A DNA stretch of 40,287 nt. Source: Candidatus Hydrogenedentota bacterium. Its GTDB lineage: Bacteria; Hydrogenedentota; Hydrogenedentia; Hydrogenedentales; SLHB01. Under the pieces are notes generated by a model, which was not told the DNA's origin, did no database searches, and worked only from the letters and a program-made list of their open reading frames with translations. The translations under genes and the position numbers were made by a program. This document shows, in pieces, positions 19,217-28,148 of the stretch; position 1 is the stretch's first letter; every line of letters starts with the position of its first letter. The stretch lies in contig CAXXTH010000020.1 in NCBI GenBank assembly GCA_963668025.2, forward strand, positions 1 to 40,287, in the 5' to 3' direction.

Positions 19217-21667
19217 TTACGGAACGGCGCTGCCATTCCATGCGCTTACCGTCACTTCTCCCTCGAAATGGCCATCGAGGCATTGCCATGCAATGACGCG
19301 TTCCTCGCCGGGCATGAGGTCGAAATAATTGTCTGAAAACACCAAATCGGCGTCAAGCGTCACCACTCGGGCATAATAATTGGTCTTGATGCGCACTTCC
19401 CCATGGTCGCCATGATTTGTTTGTTCGACATGAAGCAGCGCCGAAGGCGGGGCCATGTCGCGCGGCATGCCTTCATAGAAGAGGGCGCGGTCCGTGTTCG
19501 CGTCTGACTTCAAATCACATGCGAAGACGCCATTCGGGCCGAGGCTAGACCGTTCGATTTCGGACACGGCTGCGGATGTATGCGGGGGAATGACGTGGAG
19601 TTCATCACGCCGCCAGGCGGGGTCGCCCGCCCAAGGCTGAAAACACAGGGACAGCAGGCAATGCTGGGCGTGAGGGGTGTCATTGCAAATCCAGATGCGC
19701 AGGCGTTTTTCGATGGGCTCGATAGCCGCGATGACCGGCTGGAATCCACGTTTCATGCCGTAATAGCCCGCCTTCGGAAAGCCATAGTAGTCCACCATGC
19801 TCCATCCGCTCGCGGGCCAGCAATCATTGTACATCCAAAACAGCACGCCGCTGCAATGATAGGCCCGGCGGCGCAAGGCCTCGGCCACAAGCCTGCTCCA
19901 TTCACATTGGACATATTCCATGCCCCGGACTTGGATGCGGGGATCATCCGTGGGGCCATAAAGCAGTTCCGCCGTACGTTGTAGTAAACGGAAATGGGTC
20001 ATATCGATGCCGCTGTACGGATTATTTTTCGTGTGGTATTCCCACATGCGGCCTTCCGGGTCCACGATGTCTTCAGGCGGCATGAATTTGAGCAGCGAAC
20101 GGAGCGGCGGCGCGCCGCACAGGGCGTATTCGCTTGCAAAGCGCCCCCATTTCGCGGAAATGCGCTCGCGGTAATCCGCCATATCCGAGGTGAGAAACTC
20201 CGGATCATACCAGGCGGACACATGGCAGTCGCCTTGCGTGGGGGAATTGTTAGGATGGCCTCCATACGGGCTGGTGAGGCGGTAGGGACGTGAAGGATCC
20301 ATCGCGCGGCAAAGCGGCCCGCTAATCTCCGTGGACACGCGTTTGCCCCAGTAGGAGTCTTCCGGATTGTCATTCATGCCTAATTCATTATCGCCGCACC
20401 ACAATGCGAGGCTGGGATGATTACGCAGCATGCGGATGGCGGCCGCGAATTCACGCCGCAAGGATTCCATGAACGCCGCGTCGTGCTCGGGATATTGCGC
20501 ACATGCCAGGAGGAAGTCCTGCGTGATCAAGATCCCCATGCGGTCGCAGGCATTCCAGAACGCTTCCGGCTCGTAAATACCGCCGCCCCAGGCGCGCAGC
20601 ATGTTCACGTGGGCGTCCCGGGCCAGGCCAAGCAAGCGCTCATACTGCATGGCGCTGATGCGTGAGGGGAAGGGATCAGCGGGAACCCAATTGCCGCCTT
20701 TGGCGAAAATGGGCCGCCCATTAATGCGAAATACGAAGCCGCCGTCTGCTTCCTCGGAATGCTCTTCCAGCTCGACGGTGCGGATGCCGAAATGGAGCTG
20801 CTTGTGGTCTACTTGGAATCCGCCGTCCACTTCGAGCGCCACACTGCAAGTATACAACGGCTGGCCGCCATGTCCATTGGGCCACCACAGTTGCGGCGAG
20901 GGAATGCGGATGCCGATACGGTGTTCATCTTCTTTGATATCGAGCATCCGGCTGCTGATTTTCTGGCCGTCTGGGCTTTGCACTTCCAACAGCGCCCATA
21001 TGGATTCTTTGGTGCGCCGCTCGATGGATACGGTGATCTCGATCTGCGCCGCATCGGGCTCGATGGCGCGGGTCGTGACATACACATCCGACAGGCGCGC
21101 ATCCTCGTAAGCGGACAGGCGCACGGAGCGCCATATGCCCGCACTGACGAATCGATGGACCCAATCCCAGCCATAAGTGCATTGCATTTTACGCGCATAC
21201 ACGCGGTCCATGCTGAAACAAGAAAAATAGCCGTCTTTCGGTTTATCCGCCAGGGCCTGGGCGGGAGGGGTGAAGGCGACTTCGAGCACATTGGCGCCCG
21301 GACGCAGGTATTCGCCCACCTCGAACCAATGCGGGATGAACATGTTGGCCGTCTCTCCGAGGAGATGGCCATTCAAGCGAATCCGGGCAAAGGTGTCGAG
21401 CCCTTCGAATTCCAGGATGGCCCAGTTCCTCGGGAAGTGATCGGGCAAATGGAACAAGCGGCTATACCGCCATTCCCAATGCTCGACCCATTGGCACTGT
21501 TCCGCGTTGTCACGCCAAAAAGGCTCCGGAATGATGCCTTCACGCAGTAAATCCAAATGGACATGCCCAGGAACTTCGCATGGCAGCGCATGGCTTCGCT
21601 GCGGCTCAGCAGGGTCGTGTCCCGCCAATTCCCAGCATCCATCAAGTGAGAGGACATGTGCCGACAT
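19217..21667 (-). CDS. GH2 beta-mannosidase-like glycoside hydrolase
   Basis: FEGLDT, YGWDW, KGGNWVP, NMLRAWGGG, RNHPSLALWCGDNE, FASEY, YNDCWP. Confidence 0.92.
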   Translation of the reverse strand: MSAHVLSLDGCWELAGHDPAEPQRSHALPCEVPGHVHLDLLREGIIPEPFWRDNAEQCQWVEHWEWRYSRLFHLPDHFPRNWAILEFEGLDTFARIRLNGHLLGETANMFIPHWFEVGEYLRPGANVLEVAFTPPAQALADKPKDGYFSCFSMDRVYARKMQCTYGWDWVHRFVSAGIWRSVRLSAYEDARLSDVYVTTRAIEPDAAQIEITVSIERRTKESIWALLEVQSPDGQKISSRMLDIKEDEHRIGIRIPSPQLWWPNGHGGQPLYTCSVALEVDGGFQVDHKQLHFGIRTVELEEHSEEADGGFVFRINGRPIFAKGGNWVPADPFPSRISAMQYERLLGLARDAHVNMLRAWGGGIYEPEAFWNACDRMGILITQDFLLACAQYPEHDAAFMESLRREFAAAIRMLRNHPSLALWCGDNELGMNDNPEDSYWGKRVSTEISGPLCRAMDPSRPYRLTSPYGGHPNNSPTQGDCHVSAWYDPEFLTSDMADYRERISAKWGRFASEYALCGAPPLRSLLKFMPPEDIVDPEGRMWEYHTKNNPYSGIDMTHFRLLQRTAELLYGPTDDPRIQVRGMEYVQCEWSRLVAEALRRRAYHCSGVLFWMYNDCWPASGWSMVDYYGFPKAGYYGMKRGFQPVIAAIEPIEKRLRIWICNDTPHAQHCLLSLCFQPWAGDPAWRRDELHVIPPHTSAAVSEIERSSLGPNGVFACDLKSDANTDRALFYEGMPRDMAPPSALLHVEQTNHGDHGEVRIKTNYYARVVTLDADLVFSDNYFDLMPGEERVIAWQCLDGHFEGEVTVSAWNGSAVP

Positions 21668-21850
21668 TGGTCTATACCTCTGCGTGTTTCATGGTTGTTG
21701 GCCATCCCCAAGCATCGTCTGGATTATACAGGCCATTCACTCTAGCTGGATTCCGCCAGCCCTTCAACCTTTTCACGAAAATAGGCTGTGCGCCACCAAA
21801 AGAGCATTAATGCATTTTGCAGGGAAAACCGCTTTTCTTTTGTATATGAA

Positions 21851-22001
21851 CATACAGCAGCATAGCCGCAACCAAAGATTCGGATTTTGCACCACGAAGA
21901 AACGAAGAGCACGAAGATTTTCCACAGATGGCGCAGATGACACAGATGAAAATCTAGGATTGATATCGTTTTACTTCGTGTTCTTCGTGCTCTTCGTGGT
22001 G
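21851..22001. repeat. Composite intergenic repeat: GGTTGCGGC-type unit plus 9-bp-periodic inverted repeat
   Basis: CACCACGAAGAAACGAAGAGCACGAAG ... CTTCGTGTTCTTCGTGCTCTTCGTGGTG enclosing CACAGATGG-CGCAGATGA-CACAGATGA. Confidence 0.7.
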
Positions 22002-22385
22002 GAAATCTGGTCTCTAACAAGTTGATGTATATTGATTTACACAGAAAATCCATGCAAGGAAACTAGATTTCGACAATAAGTATATACACCGAGCGCCTTC
22101 CCCGATAAAAAGGTTCGTATCACCTGTTGAACGCTTCAAGATGGCCTGCTGTTTCTTTCACTATCCGTACGTCCCCTTAGCCCGCTTGAGCAGGCTGATC
22201 GGAAAGCGCAAGACATTCCAAGCACACCGAAACCGGGATGGCGCACATTTGGATTGGAGCCGCTCACAACGAAAACCTCACCCTATTTCAAAGCGCTTCT
22301 TCTTTTATGGCGCACACCGCTGCGAAAATGAGATGCTGGTCCAGCCTTTATATGGCTGTAAACCGTGAAACAGCCAAAACCACAC

Positions 22386-24521
22386 TTACAGAGGCAGTGT
22401 GGCCAGCCGCACGGCCTGCCGCGCCGTGGCCAGAGTGGCGCACGCGGATAGAAGCGCAAAAGTAAAAGGCGGCGCTAGAAAGCCCAAAAGGGCATAAAGC
22501 GCGCCTGCGGCCACTGGAATGGCGATAATATGGTAACAAATGGAGAAAGTCTGTATCCGTTTCATGGTTTCTATCATGGTGCTGCTCAACGTGAGGGCGC
22601 GGGCGATGCCTTCGATGTCGCCCCGCACCAAGGTGAAGGCGGTCTCGCTCGAAGCGTCTGGACGCCATGTCATGCTGATGGACGCCGGAACTCGTTTGAG
22701 GATAGCCGCATCCACTCGGGCGTCGCCTGCAACGGCCGCGTATTCCGTTTCCTGCAAGACGCTTTCGATGGCGGCGGTTTTGCCGCCAGGCTCAAATGAG
22801 GCCTTAACATCGTGGATATGAAGGCGCTGGGCTACGGCTTGGGCGGTTTCAGGATGGTCGCCAGTAGCTAAAATTAATTGCACGCCTTCTTCCTCGATGC
22901 GGCGCAAGGCGTCATGCGCATATGGCAGAATGGCGTTTTCTATGCCGATAAGGGCGGCGAAACGCCCGTCAAGGGCCAGAAAAATCAAGGTTTCCGCATT
23001 GTCGCGCAGGCGGCCTGCTTGCTCCTCGACATGGTCGATTGGGACATGCAGCGTGTCCAAGAGCTTGCGCCCCCCGAGCGCGACATGCTTGCCTTCGACT
23101 AGGCCGCATACGCCCCATCCGGGGGTGTAGCAAATCTCGGAGGCGGGAGAAAGGGAAATGGAACGCTCTTGGGCAAGAGCGGCCAATGCATGGGCGATGG
23201 GATGGTCAATGCCTTGTTCGAGGCTTGCCGCAATACGAATGAGCTCGGTTTGTTGGAAGGCTTTCGAGTTCACGATAGACACTACGGCTGGTTCTGGTTC
23301 CGTGAGGATGCCTGTTTTATCTGTTATGAGGGTTTCCACACGGGTCATGTGCTCGAATGCCTGGGCTGTGCGGACCAATATGCCCGCGCGGGCCGCGCGG
23401 CCGCATGCGGACCGCACCGCTAAAGGATTGGCGCGATTCAACATGCCCGGAGCCAAGGCCGCCAGCACGCTCGAAACCGCGAGGACGGCCATGCAGCAAC
23501 TGCTAGGGCTGGAATGCATGCCCCAAACGGCCGCGGAAACAAGCGCGGTGAGCAGCCCGATGGCGAGCACGGCCTGCAATACGATATCCGAGCGGCGGGC
23601 CAAGCCCATGTGGCTATTCTGGGCGGCCCGCGCCGCTTCAATCATGTGGGCCAAGAGCGTATCGCCGCCAATGCGTTCCGCTTTGAGAAGGAATTTGCCT
23701 TCATTGTTGAGGCTTCCCGCGAAGACGGCGCTTCCGGGCAGTTTATCAACCAATGCGCTGGCGCCGGCCAAAGCGGATTCATCCACTACGCCCGCTCCTT
23801 GGCAAACAACACCATCCGCGGGCGTTGTTCCGCCTGGCTGCACGAGGAGTATGCTTCCGGGAGTAATGTGCGCGATAGGCGCCGATACTGCTTGCCATCC
23901 CGTACCGCCCGTGCAGCGCTGCACAACAAGAGCGGTTTCCGGCATCAAGGCCTCTAATTCCCGCACCCCCATATCCGCCTGTAGTTCCGCGCGCGCCATG
24001 CAACGCTTCGCCAGCATTACGATGGCGGTGATGGCAATGGCTTCGCCAGGAAAGAAAAGGAAGGCGGGGGGCTGCGCGGGATGCCCAGCCATCCAAGGCA
24101 TCAATGCCCCAAACAAACCTGCTACATACAACAACAGCGCGGAGGCATTGGTGAACATCCACGGATCAATGAAGCCCGTACGCGGGATGCGCGAAAAGGA
24201 CACCCAGAAAAATCCGGCGCTCCATGCCATGACAGGCAATGCAATGGCCAGATGGGTCCACGGCCGAGCCGTGGCGTTCAATATGGGATCCATAGGCGTA
24301 GGCGGCCATTGGCCGGAATCAAAAAACCATTCCACTCCTAATGCCAGGAGGAAAAGGCCTCCCATCGCCAGCGTAATCCACCAAGGAATGCGCAAGCGTA
24401 AAGCCGCATGCGGGGAGAGCGCCGTGCCGTGCGCTCCCTCGGCGCCAGGTAGTAAAATGCCGTTATCCAGGGTGTTCGATTCATCTGCGCTAGATGATGG
24501 CGGAGTTGTATCGTCTTTCAT
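22386..24521 (-). CDS. P1B-type (heavy-metal) ATPase homologue with degenerate catalytic and metal motifs
   Basis: PADG, DES, DKTG, HP and TGD recognisable; TGE, CPC, GDGxND and YN/MxxS altered. Confidence 0.85.
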   Translation of the reverse strand: MKDDTTPPSSSADESNTLDNGILLPGAEGAHGTALSPHAALRLRIPWWITLAMGGLFLLALGVEWFFDSGQWPPTPMDPILNATARPWTHLAIALPVMAWSAGFFWVSFSRIPRTGFIDPWMFTNASALLLYVAGLFGALMPWMAGHPAQPPAFLFFPGEAIAITAIVMLAKRCMARAELQADMGVRELEALMPETALVVQRCTGGTGWQAVSAPIAHITPGSILLVQPGGTTPADGVVCQGAGVVDESALAGASALVDKLPGSAVFAGSLNNEGKFLLKAERIGGDTLLAHMIEAARAAQNSHMGLARRSDIVLQAVLAIGLLTALVSAAVWGMHSSPSSCCMAVLAVSSVLAALAPGMLNRANPLAVRSACGRAARAGILVRTAQAFEHMTRVETLITDKTGILTEPEPAVVSIVNSKAFQQTELIRIAASLEQGIDHPIAHALAALAQERSISLSPASEICYTPGWGVCGLVEGKHVALGGRKLLDTLHVPIDHVEEQAGRLRDNAETLIFLALDGRFAALIGIENAILPYAHDALRRIEEEGVQLILATGDHPETAQAVAQRLHIHDVKASFEPGGKTAAIESVLQETEYAAVAGDARVDAAILKRVPASISMTWRPDASSETAFTLVRGDIEGIARALTLSSTMIETMKRIQTFSICYHIIAIPVAAGALYALLGFLAPPFTFALLSACATLATARQAVRLATLPL

Positions 24522-24782
24522 TTAAACCGTTTGACCGTTCTGTCGCGAAGCTCATCTTGCCGGAGGCGCGCCGTTCACCACATTGGCTTCCAGCAGGCAT
24601 ATGCATTTTCAAGGCCGTCTTTAACATAAAAGACGCCTGCAATTGATCCTTTGGATTGGGGGCACAGCATACCTGGATGCGTGCTTCCAGTCAAAATGAT
24701 TGAATCGATTTTCTCTGGCCGGGAAGGCGTGGAACGCCTGAGTATGGGGTGAAAGCATGCTGGCGGCGGTTTTTCCCCGATA

Positions 24783-25757
24783 TTATTCTGGCGCTAATCC
24801 CAATTGAACGATCATGGTTTTCACCAGGAAATCCAAATCCGCCCGCGTTTTGGGATTGAAGCCCAGCATATCGAGCAAGGGCCCTGCCGCTTTGCGCAGA
24901 AAGTACAATTCAGCCTCCACCGGATCCGTACTCTCGAAAGGCCCTTCTAGGCGGCGTTCCGCCAGATCCGCCGTAAGCGCGCATACAAGGCCCGCAATGG
25001 CGGCGGTTTTCCCATAATTGAGTTTTTCAGGCGTGTCGGAGGGCTGATGGTAATGCTCCCACCGGCCACAAGATAAAAATAAATAGGGCTGTTGATGGAT
25101 GCGAAAAACGTGATGGTCGCTCAGATCGCCCACATATCGGTTCAGGGTGGGGATGATGCGTAGCTCTTCACCGGGCTCACAAGCGCGCACGGCATGCTCC
25201 AGGGCGGGATCGCTTTCCATTCCCGTTATGAAGAGCAAATCCTCCATGTCCGTGATGGCCAGATCATGGCCGCATAAATCAAGTACGATAGCGCCATGAA
25301 TGGCTTCAAGGCGCTGCTCTTGATAGAAATGGATAGAGCCCATGGAAGGCGTGAGGTAATAGGGAGGTTCTTCCGCATCGAAAAAAGCGAGTACGACGGG
25401 CCGGGTGAGCGCATGCCCGCGCAATTGTTCGCCTGCGGCCAGGAGAATGGCAAGGGCCGCCGCATTATCATCCGCGCCGGGGAAAGGGCCGCAGGTGTCG
25501 TAATGAGCCGCCAGGAGAAGCGGAGGCTGGCCGTCCACGCCGCCGGGCACTCGGGCGAGGATATTCGTGAATGGCTGGCCGGATTCTTGGTAGGGCCATT
25601 CGAAGCCCGCGCCAGCATAGAAATCCATTCCCAGGTTTTCAATGCGTGTTATAAGATACTGCCGCGCCGCTGCATGGCCTTCAGAACCTACGGAGCGCCC
25701 ATGCGGAAGGGCTAGAGCCTCTACATCCCGCCGAATCTGCTCGATGCTGCATGGCAT
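24783..25757 (-). CDS. M28 family metallopeptidase
   Basis: AHYD, GADDNA, FDAEE, SDH, YHQPSD. Confidence 0.9.
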   Translation of the reverse strand: MPCSIEQIRRDVEALALPHGRSVGSEGHAAARQYLITRIENLGMDFYAGAGFEWPYQESGQPFTNILARVPGGVDGQPPLLLAAHYDTCGPFPGADDNAAALAILLAAGEQLRGHALTRPVVLAFFDAEEPPYYLTPSMGSIHFYQEQRLEAIHGAIVLDLCGHDLAITDMEDLLFITGMESDPALEHAVRACEPGEELRIIPTLNRYVGDLSDHHVFRIHQQPYLFLSCGRWEHYHQPSDTPEKLNYGKTAAIAGLVCALTADLAERRLEGPFESTDPVEAELYFLRKAAGPLLDMLGFNPKTRADLDFLVKTMIVQLGLAPE

Positions 25758-26349
25758 ATGTTTCGCTCCTTCAATTAATCAGCACCTTACGCGCCAGCTT
25801 CTACGAGAAAAGACAAGAAGTTTTTCGCCCACAGACGCCAGTAGCTTCTTTGTGATAGTTTAACGGGTGTAAAAATCGCAAGATTCATGGCGTTCCATTG
25901 GGTTATGGGCAGCGCCCGCGCCAGGCCTTTCCAAAACAACAAACCGGTTATAACGTGGCCTATATGCGGGAATCAAGCCTTTCCTTCGGAAAGCCGTTTG
26001 AGGGGTGGAAAAAGCACGGAGAGATAGGCCCCTCATTTGGCCTCGGCGATGAAATCACCTTATAAGCGCCCGCATTTAGTGCGTATGGCGTCAGAATCGC
26101 TTTCACCTATTCCTTATCGGTTGATAGAGGGGAATTCCTCAAATCACCGGATAAGATTGTTGTATCATTCTTGATATCCTTACAACTCGATGTAGACGAT
26201 CATTTTCAACTTCACCAAGCAGGTGAGCCCGTGCTACTAACCGTCAAAATGTTGTTTTCTTGCGAGGATTCTAGATGCAAATCCAGTCAAATCATATAGT
26301 TGCATATCTCGGTTCTTTACATGGCGTTTTGTTTGAGTCTTACTCATCA

Positions 26350-26467
26350 CATGGGCGAGACGCCCATGCTACGGGAGTAAAACCATCGGGAAAAATTTAT
26401 TGGCGTTCATTCGCGTCCATTCGCGGTTTAAAAGATGGCTGTTTTGTTGCGGCTACGCGGCGTTATG
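26350..26467. repeat. Repeat cluster: REP, 9-bp-periodic unit and GTTGCGGC-type unit
   Basis: CATGGGCG-AGA-CGCCCATG-CTAC; GGCGTTCAT-TCGCGTCCAT-TCGCGGTT; TTTTGTTGCGGCTACGCGGCGTTATG. Confidence 0.6.
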
Positions 26468-26587
26468 CATTCTATGCATTCCAAGGCATTTGAAAAAACC
26501 AGGATTTCAGAAGATACTAGGTGCAAAAAATGGCGGATGGAGCAACGCGCGCCATGCATGATGGCCCAAGGTGAAGGAGCAGTGCGA

Positions 26588-27268
26588 ATGGCTTATAAGA
26601 GAAGCGCCCCCGCATCTGGCAACCGCAGCCGCGTGTTTATTGTGGATGATCATCCTGTCGTGCGCCGGGGTATTGTGGATTTGATGCGCGCCCATGCGGA
26701 TCTGGAGGTGTGCGGCGAGGCGAGTGATATGGATGAGGCCCTGAATATTATGCAGGGCGCACAACCAGACATCGCTATCGTAGACCTAAAGTTAAAAGAA
26801 GGCAGCGGCCTTGATCTGATACGGCAGATGAAAATCCGTTTTCCTCAAGTTCGTGTCCTTGTTTCTTCCATGTATGAAGAATCTCTATATGCGGAACGCG
26901 CCATCCGCGCCGGGGCCTCTGGGTATGTCTCCAAAAATGAACCTCCGGAACGATTGCTAGAAGGCGTTCGAAAAATCCTTGCGGGGAAAATCTTCCTGAG
27001 TGAAGAAATGATGGATGAGATGCTCCAGCGCATTCCCGCGCGGCAAGAGTCCGCCCCCCCCGATCCCATGGATACTTTATCAGATCGGGAGCTTCAGGTA
27101 TTTGAATTGATTGGCCAAGGATTCAGCATCAAGGAAATCGCCGGCCAGCTTAATCTCAGTCCGAAAACGATTGAGAGTTATCGTGATGGACTCAAGACGA
27201 AGCTCAATATGGAATCCAGCAGGCAGCTTGCCAAGCGGGCCGTCGAGTGGAGCGTCCAGAAGGGATAA
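26588..27268 (+). CDS. NarL/FixJ family DNA-binding response regulator
   Basis: VDDHPVVR, IVDL, GASGYVSK receiver; LSDRELQVF...LSPKTIESY LuxR HTH; GAAGGAG RBS. Confidence 0.95.
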   Translation: MAYKRSAPASGNRSRVFIVDDHPVVRRGIVDLMRAHADLEVCGEASDMDEALNIMQGAQPDIAIVDLKLKEGSGLDLIRQMKIRFPQVRVLVSSMYEESLYAERAIRAGASGYVSKNEPPERLLEGVRKILAGKIFLSEEMMDEMLQRIPARQESAPPDPMDTLSDRELQVFELIGQGFSIKEIAGQLNLSPKTIESYRDGLKTKLNMESSRQLAKRAVEWSVQKG

Positions 27269-27410
27269 GCTGCGCCCCAACACGGCTGGCGCATCTGGTA
27301 TAAACGGGGGCATGCACATGCTCAACGGCGAATAGGTGTCCGCACGCCCCCTATCAGAAACTGGGCGCAGGAATTGTTCTCCTGGCGTCCAGGAAATGGC
27401 CAGTTGAAAA

Positions 27411-27833
27411 TCATGACACATGCCCTCCAGGCTGATATGCATGGCGTATGGGCCGCTGCATATGGAGCTGCTCCGAATACGCCGTATTGGAGATTAATTT
27501 AAGCACCAGCGTGGCGTCTACGGGACGCGATATGCATCCATCCGCTCCTGCTTCGATGAGGCCGGTGCGCAATTGGCCCCAGCCGATCACCGCAATGATG
27601 ATTGAATTGGCGTATAATGCCCTCATGTTGCTGACGAGAGAGTGGCCTTCTTCTGCTCCGTTCCGTCCTTCCGCATCAACAATAATGAAAAAAGGCGCTT
27701 TCGGGGGATTTTCCAGTTCTTCCAGGCCTTGCAAATCGGCTATGACATGCACTTGATGCCCATATCCGCTGAATAGATACTTCCACGTCCTCCGGTGTGC
27801 GGAAGTATTGCTTACTACAAGAATATCGCTCAT
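27411..27833 (-). CDS. Stand-alone degenerate receiver (REC)-like protein
   Basis: ILVV, IIVD, IIAV and EAGADGCISRPV follow REC topology; GAGGAG RBS. Confidence 0.65.
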   Translation of the reverse strand: MSDILVVSNTSAHRRTWKYLFSGYGHQVHVIADLQGLEELENPPKAPFFIIVDAEGRNGAEEGHSLVSNMRALYANSIIIAVIGWGQLRTGLIEAGADGCISRPVDATLVLKLISNTAYSEQLHMQRPIRHAYQPGGHVS

Positions 27834-28148
27834 TGCGTGGATGACTCCTCTTGTCCAATATGTGCAGCCGAGGCGTGGTGTGTGGCAAACGATTCACATT
27901 TCTTCGCATGTGAGGTGAGAGCGCGCCCTGTAACGTTGGGAGCTATTATCACGCATGTTCCTTGTATCAGGTACCGGTCATTTCGTGTTATCTGCCCCCG
28001 GGAAATTCCCGATGGGTCCGTTCATGGCCCGCCAAGCGCGGCTCTGGCGCGGCTCATGGATATATGAACTATTCAAGCGTTGAATTTGATGCTAGAATGG
28101 CCGTCAGTTGCATGAAATGAATGCGCAAACGATATAGGGGAGGCCAGT

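Noticed and set aside
23158-24525. 455-aa plus-strand ORF
   Set aside because: Antisense shadow of the ATPase homologue in GC-rich DNA
26442-26468. Integron attC site (ends in GTTATG)
   Set aside because: No matching R'' box, cassette array or integrase; treated as a dispersed repeat
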